Source: an uncultured Candidatus Saccharibacteria bacterium (GTDB taxonomy: Bacteria > Patescibacteriota > Minisyncoccia > Phycocordibacterales > UBA918). From it: a stretch of 64,000 nucleotides of DNA. The notes beneath the pieces were generated by a model that had not been told where the DNA came from, searched no databases, and saw only the letters and a program-made list of their open reading frames with translations. Shown here in pieces: positions 21,449-30,765 of the stretch (its first letter is position 1; the number at the start of each line of letters is the position of its first letter). The translations under genes were made by a program, and so were the position numbers. The stretch is from positions 142,826 through 206,825 of the forward strand of contig CAZRNZ010000002.1 of NCBI GenBank assembly GCA_964601615.1. The letters are read 5' to 3'.

Positions 21449-21712
21449 ATGACTATGACTACTGAAAATACATATCAAAACGGCAAGGGACGTGTGATCA
21501 CTGGTACAGTTGTGGCCTCTAAGATGCAGGACACTTGTACTGTTGCCGTAGAACGTTACGTAAAGCATCCAAAATACAAGAAGTTTATCCGACAGACCAA
21601 GAAGTTCTTGGTACACGATCAAGGTAACACCGCAGTTGTTGGTGATAAGGTTGAAATCGTGGAATGTCGTCCTATTAGTAAGCGCAAGCGTTTTGCTCTA
21701 GTAACAAAATAA
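21449..21712 (+). CDS. rpsQ: 30S ribosomal protein S17.
   Basis: KGRVITGTVVASKMQDTCTVAVERYVKHPKYKKF... Confidence 0.9.
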   Translation: MTMTTENTYQNGKGRVITGTVVASKMQDTCTVAVERYVKHPKYKKFIRQTKKFLVHDQGNTAVVGDKVEIVECRPISKRKRFALVTK

Positions 21713-21718
21713 AGGCTT

Positions 21719-22090
21719 ATGATACAACCACAAACTATCGTAAAGATAACAGACAACTCTGGAGGTAAAGTAGGTCGCGTTTTTAAAGTTCTAGGAGGTT
21801 CAAAGAAGCGCTATGCTGAACTAGGAGAAATGGTCGTTCTATCTGTACAAACTGCAGAGCCACGTAAGGCGGTAAAGAAGAAGGATATTGTTTACGGCGT
21901 AATCGTTCGTCAACAAAAGCCTTTCCGTCGTGCTGATGGTTCTTATGTTAGCTTCGATGACAACGCTGTTGTTCTAGTGGACAAAGAAAAGAAGGAGCCT
22001 AAGGCTAACCGCGTTTTCGGTCCGATCCCTCGCGAACTAGCGGAGGCTGGTTATCAGAAAATCGTGTCATTGGCACCTGAAGTTGTTTAA
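21719..22090 (+). CDS. rplN: 50S ribosomal protein L14.
   Basis: MIQPQTIVKITDNSGGK... Confidence 0.95.
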   Translation: MIQPQTIVKITDNSGGKVGRVFKVLGGSKKRYAELGEMVVLSVQTAEPRKAVKKKDIVYGVIVRQQKPFRRADGSYVSFDDNAVVLVDKEKKEPKANRVFGPIPRELAEAGYQKIVSLAPEVV

Positions 22091-22100
22091 TCACACGCAT

Positions 22101-22400
22101 ATGAAGATAAAAAAAGGAGATAACGTCATCGTTCTTTCTGGAAAAGATAAAGGAAAGACTGGAAAAGTAGAGCAAATAATCTCTAAGGATGACAAGGTCC
22201 TCGTTGAGGGCGTTAACGTAATCGTTAAGCATCAGAAAAACCGTCGCGCTCGTTCACAAGGTCAGGTAATCAAGAAGTCTGCACCAATTCACATTTCTAA
22301 TGTGGCGTTTGTAGAAGGAAAGAAGCCTGTACGTATTGGATACAAGATCGAAGAAGGTAAGAAAGTGCGTATTAGCAAGAAGACTGGCAAAGCAATCTAA
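22101..22400 (+). CDS. rplX: 50S ribosomal protein L24. The start is taken at MKIKKGDNV.
   Basis: KIKKGDNVIVLSGKDKGKTGKV... (KOW motif). Confidence 0.9.
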   Translation: MKIKKGDNVIVLSGKDKGKTGKVEQIISKDDKVLVEGVNVIVKHQKNRRARSQGQVIKKSAPIHISNVAFVEGKKPVRIGYKIEEGKKVRISKKTGKAI

Positions 22401-22530
22401 AACTCAAATCAACGAACTCCTTGAGTTTCAGAATTTTGTCTCCCGCGCCGTAGTTTATCTACGTCTTGGTCGTCAAAATTCTTCCAACTCTACGGATTTC
22501 ATTTGATTTAAAGTTTAAATCTAGAAATTT

Positions 22531-23079
22531 ATGAAAACTATAAAAGAAAAGATAAGCGGTTCATTCGAAGCTTTGAAGTCAGCTTTTGAGTACAAGAACC
22601 CAATGCAAGCTCCTCGTTTGGAGAAGGTTGTTGTGTCAGTTGGTATTGGTAAGGTTGAGGATAAAGCAAAGCGCGAACTTATTTTTAGTCGCTTAGCTCT
22701 TATTACTGGACAGAAGCCAAGTCCACGTGCTGCTAAGCAATCTATTGCATCTTTCAAACTGCGCGAAGGAGAAATCATTGGTTACCAAGTAACTTTGCGT
22801 GGTAGTCGCATGTATAACTTTGTTGATAAGTTGATCCATGTTTCATTGCCACAGACTCGCGACTTCCGCGGTCTAAAGACAACTGCAATTGATGATATGG
22901 GAAATATTACCCTTGGTATCAAGGAGCATACTATCTTCCCAGAAACAGCTGATGAGGACATCCGTGATGTTTTCTCACTAGCTATCACAATGGTAACTAC
23001 TGCTAAGACAAAGGCAGAAGCTGAGGCTTTCCTTCGTCATATCGATCTTCCGTTGATGAAAGAAGAGTCTGCAAAATAA
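22531..23079 (+). CDS. rplE: 50S ribosomal protein L5.
   Basis: Typical L5. 182 aa. Confidence 0.95.
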   Translation: MKTIKEKISGSFEALKSAFEYKNPMQAPRLEKVVVSVGIGKVEDKAKRELIFSRLALITGQKPSPRAAKQSIASFKLREGEIIGYQVTLRGSRMYNFVDKLIHVSLPQTRDFRGLKTTAIDDMGNITLGIKEHTIFPETADEDIRDVFSLAITMVTTAKTKAEAEAFLRHIDLPLMKEESAK

Positions 23080-23097
23080 TTTAATTTTGTAAGCTAG

Positions 23098-23130
23098 AAA
23101 AGCGCCGCCTAAAGGGCGGCGCTTTTTGTT
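23098..23130 (+). terminator. Terminator after rplE, a member of the recurrent GCGCCGCC-NAAG-GGCGGCGC hairpin family.
   Basis: AAAGCGCCGCCTAAAGGGCGGCGCTTTTT. Confidence 0.7.
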
Positions 23131-23195
23131 AGTTGCTTAACAAGCAAAAATGTGATATAATTAAGAAAGATAGGTCTATACAAGAGGAGTTGCCT

Positions 23196-23714
23196 ATGGG
23201 TTTACCTGCAGAAAAAAAGTCTATCAGTGCAGTAGTTCCTCCCCAAGGAGGCAAAATTTTTTCCGATACAATTACCATTGATATGTCTAAGACTTGGAAG
23301 GAGGCGGTTGATGCAGCGGTTTCTAAGGTGCCAATGTTTTCAGTGGTGCGAGGGGGTTCAGTCTCTTGGTATTATCAGCCAGCATCTTTTAGTTCTTCAA
23401 AAGAATTAAAACATGTTGTGTTGGTTAATTTTGGTCGAGTCATTTCTGGTTCTGATGCCCCACTGTCGTGGGGGAAACAGTCAGGTTTATCTCCGGCAAA
23501 TCCAAGGATTATTTTTTCTTTATCAGAAAACAACCCCGATTTGAACAATATTCTTGGTTTTGAAGAAATGACGATTTTTTCAACAGTTCCTTGTGAGTTT
23601 TTTGCTTGCGATTACTTCCCAGGAATTTTTTGGAAAAACGGTCTTCGCAAAGCAAACATGGAAACATGTTTCGATAGTTTTGAAGAAAACGCTTGGTTTG
23701 CGTTTACTGCCTAA
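23196..23714 (+). CDS. Hypothetical protein inserted between rplE and rpsZ.
   Basis: GAGGAG RBS 6 nt before the ATG at 23196. Not recognisable. Followed by two hairpins (23715-23758 and 23761-23790). Confidence 0.45.
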   Translation: MGLPAEKKSISAVVPPQGGKIFSDTITIDMSKTWKEAVDAAVSKVPMFSVVRGGSVSWYYQPASFSSSKELKHVVLVNFGRVISGSDAPLSWGKQSGLSPANPRIIFSLSENNPDLNNILGFEEMTIFSTVPCEFFACDYFPGIFWKNGLRKANMETCFDSFEENAWFAFTA

Positions 23715-23758
23715 AAAAAACATAAGCTGGTCTCAAGAGACCAGCTTTTTATTTTTAA
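23715..23758 (+). terminator. Terminator hairpin (AGCTGGTCTC-AAGA-GACCAGCT plus T-run).
   Basis: 10-bp stem plus TTTTTATTTTT. Confidence 0.65.
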
Positions 23759-23982
23759 TATGCGCCACTCCGAAGGAGTGGCACTATTCTGTTTAAGAAG
23801 ACAATCTAATAAAGAAATAACTCCAATATTTCATTGACTTTTACCTTATTTCTGGTAATGTTTCCAGCAATTATGAATTGTTGATAGATGCTCACTTTGG
23901 GCGGCATTCATAAGAATTATAAGCGGAGAAGGTCGGCACATCTAGCCGAAACCACTTCGAAACCCTAGATATTTAAATCTAA

Positions 23983-24168
23983 ATGGCTCGAACATCAGTA
24001 AAGGTGCGTGCAACACGTACCCCTAAGTACAAGAGCCGGGTTGTACGTCGTTGTGTGCAGTGTGGACGTAAGCATGGATACATGAGAGATTTCGATCTTT
24101 GTCGTATCTGTTTCCGTGAACATGCACACGAAGGTTTCATCCCGGGTATTAAAAAGAGTAGTTGGTAA
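23983..24168 (+). CDS. rpsZ: 30S ribosomal protein S14, type Z (zinc-binding).
   Basis: 61 aa with CVQCGRKHGYMRDFDLCRICFRE (C4 zinc ribbon). Confidence 0.9.
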   Translation: MARTSVKVRATRTPKYKSRVVRRCVQCGRKHGYMRDFDLCRICFREHAHEGFIPGIKKSSW

Positions 24169-24169
24169 T

Positions 24170-24556
24170 ATGGATACTATCGGAGATTTCATCATTCGGC
24201 TGAAGAATGCCGGAGCGGTGGGGCATGACATTGTGTCTTTACCTCACTCTAAGTTAAGAGAATCAATAGCTAACAAACTAGTTTCTATTGGTTACTTAGC
24301 TGAAGCAAAAGTAGAAGGAAAGGACGTAAAGAAAACTCTAGAAGTTAAGCTTGTGTACCAAGGTGGAAAGCACGTTATTAACGATGTTAAGCGTGTTTCT
24401 AAGCCAGGTCGTCGTCTTTATGCGAAGGTCGAAGAAATTTATCCAGTTAAGTTCGGCAAGGGTCATTTGATCCTTTCAACCCCTAAGGGAATCCTTACAG
24501 ATGAGGAGGCTCGTAAGGAAAAGGTTGGTGGCGAGCAGTTATTTAAGATTTGGTAA
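24170..24556 (+). CDS. rpsH: 30S ribosomal protein S8. The start is taken at MDTIGDF.
   Basis: MDTIGDFIIRLKNAG... Confidence 0.9.
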   Translation: MDTIGDFIIRLKNAGAVGHDIVSLPHSKLRESIANKLVSIGYLAEAKVEGKDVKKTLEVKLVYQGGKHVINDVKRVSKPGRRLYAKVEEIYPVKFGKGHLILSTPKGILTDEEARKEKVGGEQLFKIW

Positions 24557-24557
24557 T

Positions 24558-25091
24558 ATGAGTCGTCTTGGAAAACAACCGATCACTTTGCCTGCTGGTG
24601 TTGAAGCAACTTTTGTTGACGGTATTCTTACTGTTAAGAAGGGAGGAAGTGAACTTAAGAGAGAAATTAAGCCTGCGGTAAACGTAGCGATTGAAAACAA
24701 CACAATCACAATTTCTCCAGCTGATGATAGTTATGAAGCTCGTGCTCTTTGGGGTACTTATGCAGCTCATGCTAGAAACATGGTGACTGGTGTAAATGAA
24801 GGTTTCAAGAAAGTTCTTGAAATTGAAGGAGTTGGTTACCGTGCAGAAGTTAAAGGTAATACGTTAGTTCTATCAATGGGATATTCACATCCTGTTGAGT
24901 TGGAAGTGCCAGCAGGACTAACTGCTACTGTAGAAAAGAACGTTATCACTATTGCTGGCGTGAACAAAGACGAAGTTGGTCAGTTCTCAGCAAACGTTCG
25001 TAAGGTAAGAAAGCCAGAGCCATATAAGGGCAAGGGAATTCGTTACCAAGGTGAATATATTATTCGTAAGCAAGGCAAGAAGGCCGTGTAA
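24558..25091 (+). CDS. rplF: 50S ribosomal protein L6. The start is taken at MSRLGKQPI.
   Basis: MSRLGKQPITLPAGVEAT... Confidence 0.9.
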   Translation: MSRLGKQPITLPAGVEATFVDGILTVKKGGSELKREIKPAVNVAIENNTITISPADDSYEARALWGTYAAHARNMVTGVNEGFKKVLEIEGVGYRAEVKGNTLVLSMGYSHPVELEVPAGLTATVEKNVITIAGVNKDEVGQFSANVRKVRKPEPYKGKGIRYQGEYIIRKQGKKAV

Positions 25092-25110
25092 TCCAGTTAG
25101 GAATTAGAGT

Positions 25111-25464
25111 ATGAAAACAAAAACTCAAATAAAGACTGATCGTAGAGTTGCACGTCGTCGTCGCATTCGCTCACGTGTAATCGGTTCATCAACAAAGCCT
25201 CGTTTGGCTGTATTTAAGAGTAATACTGGTTTGTATGCTCAACTTATCGATGATCAGGCAGGAGTTACTTTGGTAGCGTCTGATACAAGAAAGTTCAAAG
25301 CAGACACACCTCTTCTACGTGCAGTAGCACTTGGGACAGAAATTGCTAAATTAGCAAAAGCTAAAAACGTTGAACAAGTAGTGTTCGACAGAGGTGGATT
25401 CATCTATCAGGGAGCTATCAAGGCTATGGCTGACGCAGCTCGTGAAGGTGGTCTAAAGTTTTAA
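25111..25464 (+). CDS. rplR: 50S ribosomal protein L18.
   Basis: PRLAVFKSNTGLYAQLIDD... Confidence 0.9.
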   Translation: MKTKTQIKTDRRVARRRRIRSRVIGSSTKPRLAVFKSNTGLYAQLIDDQAGVTLVASDTRKFKADTPLLRAVALGTEIAKLAKAKNVEQVVFDRGGFIYQGAIKAMADAAREGGLKF

Positions 25465-25487
25465 TCAAATTAAATTAATAATCTGTT

Positions 25488-26099
25488 ATGGAAAAGCAGG
25501 AAGCTAAAAAAGTCGAAGAGACTAATAAGACATCTGAAAAGACTGTCGCTGATGCACCTGCCCGATTCGGTGCAAACCGCGGTAGAAGCCGTGGTCGCAG
25601 CGGAGAAGGTAGCGATCGTCGCAACCCACGTCGTCCTCGTCGAGGAAATGGACGTAATGAGCGCGTTCGACCTGAATTTGATCAGAAGATAATCTCAATC
25701 CGTCGCGTAACTCGTGTTATGGGTGGTGGTCGTCGTTTCTCTTTCTCTGTATCTATGGTGATTGGAGATAAGAAGGGTCGTGTTGGAGTTGGTATCGGTA
25801 AGGCAGGCGACACTCAGCTTGCTATCGAAAAGGCTGTGCGTGACGCTAAGAAGAATATGATTACTGTTCCTATGAACGAAAAGAGCCAAATTGCTCACGA
25901 TGTTCAGAAGAAAGTATCTTCAAGTGAGGTAATGATTATGCCAGCACCTGGACGTGGTCTAGTTGCCGGTAGTTCTACTCGTACTGTACTTGAACTTGCT
26001 GGAGTTAAGGACGTTACTGCTAAGCTACTTAGTCGTACTAAGAACAAACTTAACAATGCTCGTGCTACGGTAGCCGCACTCAAATTATTGAAATCTTAA
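25488..26099 (+). CDS. rpsE: 30S ribosomal protein S5, with a long R/G-rich N-terminal extension.
   Basis: IISIRRVTRVMGGGRRFSFSVSMVIGDKKGRVGVGIGKAGDTQLAIEKA. Confidence 0.95.
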   Translation: MEKQEAKKVEETNKTSEKTVADAPARFGANRGRSRGRSGEGSDRRNPRRPRRGNGRNERVRPEFDQKIISIRRVTRVMGGGRRFSFSVSMVIGDKKGRVGVGIGKAGDTQLAIEKAVRDAKKNMITVPMNEKSQIAHDVQKKVSSSEVMIMPAPGRGLVAGSSTRTVLELAGVKDVTAKLLSRTKNKLNNARATVAALKLLKS

Positions 26100-26108
26100 A
26101 ACATTACT

Positions 26109-26558
26109 ATGCAGTTACACGAATTAAAACCAACAACCCCTCGAAAGACCGCTCGTCGTATCGGTCGTGGTGGTAAGCGTGGTAAAATGTCCGGTCGCGG
26201 ACACAAAGGTCAGACTGCTCGTGCTGGTAACTCTACTCGCCCAGAAATGCGCGATCAAATCAAGAAGTTGCCTAAATTGCGTGGTCATGGTGTAAACCGT
26301 GCTAGTGCAGTAAATTCCGAGCGTGTTCTACCTGTAGTTATTAACGTTAGCGCTATTGATTCTGTAATGGAATCTGGAGCTGCTGTTAATCCAAAGACAC
26401 TAGTTGCTGCCGGATTGGTAGCAATGCGTCGCAAGCGTATCCCAGCAGTGAAGGTATTGGGAACTGGTGAAGTTACCAAGAAATTTATTGTTAGTGACTG
26501 TTTGGTTTCATCTACAGCGAAAGCTAAAATAGAGAAAGCAGGCGGAGAGGTAAAATAA
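26109..26558 (+). CDS. rplO: 50S ribosomal protein L15. It directly follows rpsE, so no L30 gene is present.
   Basis: Basic N-terminus (GRGGKRGKMSGRGHKGQ). 149 aa. Confidence 0.9.
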   Translation: MQLHELKPTTPRKTARRIGRGGKRGKMSGRGHKGQTARAGNSTRPEMRDQIKKLPKLRGHGVNRASAVNSERVLPVVINVSAIDSVMESGAAVNPKTLVAAGLVAMRRKRIPAVKVLGTGEVTKKFIVSDCLVSSTAKAKIEKAGGEVK

Positions 26559-26613
26559 GGGGTATAATAAAGGCACGGCAACGAGCCGTGCCTTTCCCAT
26601 TTAACTATTAGCT

Positions 26614-27885
26614 ATGCAGAAATTCTTACACAAACTAAAGATTGCCCTAACTGACGAAGCGATTCGCAACAGATTGCTTTTTGTTGTAGGTGCGCTCTTC
26701 GTATTTCGCGCCCTCTCAACTATTCCTATTCCAGGAGTTGATCATGTTGTACTTGAACAATTCTTTGCTAACAACCAATTCCTTGGTTTGTTGAACATCT
26801 TCTCAGGAGGCGGTTTGGCAAACTTGTCCATTATTATGTTGGGTGTCGGTCCTTTCATTACTGCTTCGATTATCATGCAGTTGATGACAGTGATGTCACC
26901 TAAACTAAAAAGTCTAAATACAGAAGAAGGGGAAGCGGGACGTGCTCGTTTTACTCAGTACTCTAGACTTTTGATGTTGCCTTTGGGTGTTTTGCAAGGA
27001 TATGGTTTCCTAACTTTGCTACAAAGCCAGGGAGTAATTTCTAACCTTTCTACTTTTGCATTTATTGCTAACGTAATATTGATTGTAGCTGGTTCTATCT
27101 TACTTACTTGGATTGGTGAACTTGTAACTGAATACGGTATTGGTAATGGTGTTTCTATCATTATCTTTGCTGGTATCGTGGCTACTTTGCCTGCAACTGT
27201 TAGTCAACTTGCCTTTGGTTACACAGCAGCGCAGTTGCCTATCTATCTAGGTTTTGCGTTTGCTACTTTGGCTGTTTTGTACGCTGTGGTTATTATGACC
27301 GAAGCCGAACGTCCAGTTCCTATCACTTATGCTAAGCAAAGTCGTGGTGGACAAACTTACGGTGGAGCATCTTCATACTTGCCACTACGTCTTAACCAAG
27401 CTGGTGTGATTCCAATCATCTTTGCGATGTCTATCCTATTGTTCCCTCAGATGTTGTTGAATGTTCTTTCTAGCTTCGATATTCCTGGTGTTTATCGTTG
27501 GTCAGAAATAATATTAGCTTTCTTTAATAATCAATTGTTGTACGCAATTATCTACTTCGTATTGGTTATTTTGTTTGCTTTCTTCTACACTGCGGTGACT
27601 TTCGAGCCAGACTCAGTTGCTAAGAACCTTCAGCGTAGTGGTGCTTTCATTCCTGGTATTCGTCCTGGAGCTGCTACTTCTGAATACCTTGGAGGATTGA
27701 TTACTCGCTTGACCCTAGTTGGTGCTGGATTCTTGGGAATTGTTGCTGTACTACCTCTTGGTATGCAGATGATTACCGGAATTGCTGCTCTGGCTATCGG
27801 TGGAACAGCCTTGTTGATTGTTGTGTCGGTAGTGTTGGACTTGCTGCGTCGTGTAGATGCTCAGGTATCAATGCGCGAATATTAA
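26614..27885 (+). CDS. secY: Preprotein translocase subunit SecY.
   Basis: 10-TM protein with SecY signature regions. 423 aa. Confidence 0.95.
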   Translation: MQKFLHKLKIALTDEAIRNRLLFVVGALFVFRALSTIPIPGVDHVVLEQFFANNQFLGLLNIFSGGGLANLSIIMLGVGPFITASIIMQLMTVMSPKLKSLNTEEGEAGRARFTQYSRLLMLPLGVLQGYGFLTLLQSQGVISNLSTFAFIANVILIVAGSILLTWIGELVTEYGIGNGVSIIIFAGIVATLPATVSQLAFGYTAAQLPIYLGFAFATLAVLYAVVIMTEAERPVPITYAKQSRGGQTYGGASSYLPLRLNQAGVIPIIFAMSILLFPQMLLNVLSSFDIPGVYRWSEIILAFFNNQLLYAIIYFVLVILFAFFYTAVTFEPDSVAKNLQRSGAFIPGIRPGAATSEYLGGLITRLTLVGAGFLGIVAVLPLGMQMITGIAALAIGGTALLIVVSVVLDLLRRVDAQVSMREY

Positions 27886-28037
27886 AATCATTCACAAAAT
27901 CACTTCATCTACATCGTTGTGCTTTGAAAAATAATTCTCACTGAACCATAAAGTTCACCTCGAATTATTTTTCTCGCCCGCCTTGTAGCTAAAGCAATTT
28001 TGTAAAGATTTAAAAATTCTATAAATTGACCTAAAAC

Positions 28038-28068
28038 AAAAAGCGCGCCCAGGGGCGCGCTTTTTGTT
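28038..28068 (+). terminator. Terminator hairpin after secY (GCGCGCCC-AG-GGGCGCGC plus T-run).
   Basis: GC-rich 8-bp stem plus TTTTT. Confidence 0.6.
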
Positions 28069-28103
28069 TACACTTACACCCCAAATTGTTATCCTGAAGA
28101 CTC

Positions 28104-28706
28104 ATGTTAGGAAAAGATTTGTCTGGTCATTTGGTTTTATTGATGGCTCCGTCGGGAAGTGGTAAGAGTGTGCTTATCAAGCACTTGAGAGAGAATTTGT
28201 CGGGTGTAGTTTTTTCAGTTTCTTGCACAACTAGGTCGCCTCGTTATGGTGAGAAAAACGGCGAAGTATATTACTTCCTGTCTAGGACAGAGTTTGAAAA
28301 GAAGATAGAAAATAATGAATTTTTAGAATGGGCAGAGTACAGCGGCAACCTATATGGCACACTAAATTCTGAAGTTGTTTCACCAATGCAATCAGGAGAA
28401 ATTGTGCTTAGAGAAGTTGATTTGCAAGGAGTGCACTCTATTTTAAGTAAAATTAAACGATCAAAAATCACCGTAATCTACATTGATGGCGGCGCTTGGG
28501 AGACTCTTAGTAAAAGGATAAAATCTCGCTCAAAAATTAGTGAGGAAGAACTAGAGCTTCGAAAACAAAGATACCTTTTAGAATCAAAAGCCAAAGAATT
28601 AGCTGACTTTGTTGTGATAAATGAAGAAGGTAGACTCAATGAGTCAAAAAGTGAATTGATTGCTATACTACAAGACGTAATAAACAGAAATAAAAATAAT
28701 GCCTAA
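28104..28706 (+). CDS. gmk: Guanylate kinase.
   Basis: APSGSGKSV (P-loop) and SCTTRSPRYGEKNGEVYYFLSRTEF. Confidence 0.85.
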   Translation: MLGKDLSGHLVLLMAPSGSGKSVLIKHLRENLSGVVFSVSCTTRSPRYGEKNGEVYYFLSRTEFEKKIENNEFLEWAEYSGNLYGTLNSEVVSPMQSGEIVLREVDLQGVHSILSKIKRSKITVIYIDGGAWETLSKRIKSRSKISEEELELRKQRYLLESKAKELADFVVINEEGRLNESKSELIAILQDVINRNKNNA

Positions 28707-29292
28707 AACAATTATATTTATTGGTCCGCAAGGAAGTGGAAAAGGAACTCAGATAGAAAAATTAGACAGAATTCTAAAAGAAGCTGATCCAACAAATCGA
28801 GTAGTTGATATCCAAACTGGTCGTCGTTTTAGAGCAATGGCGGCTTCTGGTGAAGGTTACACTGAGAAGCATGTGCAAGACACTTTAAATAGTGGCATGC
28901 TTCAGCCATTATTTTTATCAACTGTTTTATGGGGGGACGCTATGCGTACTCATCTTGATAGTGAATGTCATTTGCTAATTGATGGTTTTCCTCGTGTTTT
29001 AGATGAGGCAAAAGTTCTAGAGTCAGCATTAGCTTTTTATAAGCGAGAGAATGTTGAAATTATTAACCTTGATACACCAGAAGAGGTAGTAAGAGAGAGA
29101 ATGGTTTCTCGTGCCAGAGAAGATGATACTTCAGATTCAATTGAAGAGCGTCTGCGTTGGTATCGAGAAGAGACTCAGCCAGTTTTGACGTACTATCGAA
29201 ATCGACCAAATACTCTAGTTCACGACATTGATGGGACTTTGACTATTGATGGAGTTCATGAAAGAATCGTTGAATCTTTAAACTTAAAGTAA
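28699..29292 (+). CDS. adk: Adenylate kinase.
   Basis: IFIGPQGSGKGTQ and LLIDGFPRVLDEAK. Confidence 0.85.
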   Translation: MPKTIIFIGPQGSGKGTQIEKLDRILKEADPTNRVVDIQTGRRFRAMAASGEGYTEKHVQDTLNSGMLQPLFLSTVLWGDAMRTHLDSECHLLIDGFPRVLDEAKVLESALAFYKRENVEIINLDTPEEVVRERMVSRAREDDTSDSIEERLRWYREETQPVLTYYRNRPNTLVHDIDGTLTIDGVHERIVESLNLK

Positions 29293-30077
29293 TGTCAATC
29301 ACAATAAAAACAGCCGAAGATATAGAAAAGATGCGCAAAGGCGGCCGTTTTTTGGCAATTATCCTTGATGAGTTGGAGAAAGAGGTTGTGCCTGGAGCAA
29401 CGACCTTAGATATTGATGATAGAGCTATGGAGTTGGTTGAAGAATATGGTTTGGAGCCAATGATTCTTGGACATCAGCCAAGTTTTGCGCCAAGACCATA
29501 TCCTGCTGCCACCTGTGTCTCTATTAATGATGTTGTGGTTCATGGTATTCCAAATGAAGAGCCACAGACTATCAATGAAGGCGATGTTGTTTCTATTGAT
29601 TTAGTAATTGGTTATGAAGGAATGGTTGTTGATTCTGCCAGAACTGTTATTTGTGGCAAAGGTTCAGAAGAAGCTAAGGAACTAATTTCGATTACCAAAA
29701 AGTCCCTTATGGAAGGGATTAAGGCAGCAAAAGTCGGTGCTTATGTTTCTGATATTAGTGCCGCTATTGAAAATGCTGTACCGAAAGGTTTTGGTATTGT
29801 CGAAGAATTATGTGGGCATGGCGTAGGTTATTCTTTGCACGAAGAACCACAAATTCCTAACTACACTATGAAGGGACATAAGGGTGCAAGACTCCAAGCC
29901 GGTATGGTGTTAGCAATTGAACCAATGCTGATTAAGGGAGGTAAAGAAGTGTTTTTTGACGAAGAAGATGGTTACACAGTATTCTCTGCTGACGGCGGCA
30001 TTGCTGCTCATATTGAGCATTCTGTACTTATTACCGAAGACGGTCCAGAGATTTTGACTCTTAGTCCAAGTAAATAA
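29292..30077 (+). CDS. map: Methionine aminopeptidase, type I.
   Basis: Pita-bread fold metal ligands (D...D...H...E...E pattern, GHGVGYSLHEEP). Confidence 0.9.
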   Translation: MSITIKTAEDIEKMRKGGRFLAIILDELEKEVVPGATTLDIDDRAMELVEEYGLEPMILGHQPSFAPRPYPAATCVSINDVVVHGIPNEEPQTINEGDVVSIDLVIGYEGMVVDSARTVICGKGSEEAKELISITKKSLMEGIKAAKVGAYVSDISAAIENAVPKGFGIVEELCGHGVGYSLHEEPQIPNYTMKGHKGARLQAGMVLAIEPMLIKGGKEVFFDEEDGYTVFSADGGIAAHIEHSVLITEDGPEILTLSPSK

Positions 30078-30159
30078 TTCTTTCAAAAAAGATTGAAATT
30101 TGGCGGTTTTCCTTGTATACTCACGGCGATTTAACCGTTATTGTTTATAATTTATTTCT

Positions 30160-30765
30160 ATGATTAAACAACCACATCAGGAGCGTTCATTGGTGCTTTT
30201 GAAGCCTGATACAGTACAACGTTCACTAATTGGTGAAGTTATTAAGCGTTTTGAGAATACAGGTCTGAAGATTTCAGCTCTTAAAATGATTGTACCAACC
30301 GAAGAACAACTTCTTACTCACTACAATAAGTCTGACGAATGGTATGAGAGAAAGGGGAAGGGTATTATCGAGGATTTGAAGGCTCAAGGAATGGAGGTTA
30401 ATAAGGAGCCAATTGAATACGGTAAAGATATTATTCGTACAATTGTTAAGTACATGACTGCTGCGCCAGTAGTGGCTATGATTCTTGAGGGTAACCAGGC
30501 TTGTGCTGTTGTGACTAAGATTGTTGGAACAACTGAACCAGCAACATCAGATGTGGGAACTATCCGTGGAGACTACACGGTAGACTCATACGCTCACGCA
30601 ACTTACGAAAACAGAGCTGTACGTAACCTTGTACACCAATCTGAGTCTCCAGAAGAAGCAGAAAGAGAGATGGCTATTTGGTTTAAGGCTGAGGAAATCA
30701 TGAATTACTCTACTGCACAGGAGAGAATCATGTATGACGTAAACTTTGACGGTACACCTGAGTAA
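30160..30765 (+). CDS. ndk: Nucleoside diphosphate kinase. At 201 aa it is longer than typical and carries insertions.
   Basis: SLVLLKPDTVQRSLIGEVIKRFENTGLKISALKM... and the NDK core (ILEGNQA...GTIRGDY...). Confidence 0.75.
   Translation: MIKQPHQERSLVLLKPDTVQRSLIGEVIKRFENTGLKISALKMIVPTEEQLLTHYNKSDEWYERKGKGIIEDLKAQGMEVNKEPIEYGKDIIRTIVKYMTAAPVVAMILEGNQACAVVTKIVGTTEPATSDVGTIRGDYTVDSYAHATYENRAVRNLVHQSESPEEAEREMAIWFKAEEIMNYSTAQERIMYDVNFDGTPE

Noticed and set aside
19358-24615. ORF-track N-terminal extensions of rpsS (19358), rplX (22083), rpsH (24116), rplF (24501), pilT (61565), pilO (58278) and smpB (42436).
   Set aside because: The extensions overlap the preceding gene and lack homology. Internal Met codons positioned 1-3 nt after the upstream stop give canonical N-termini.
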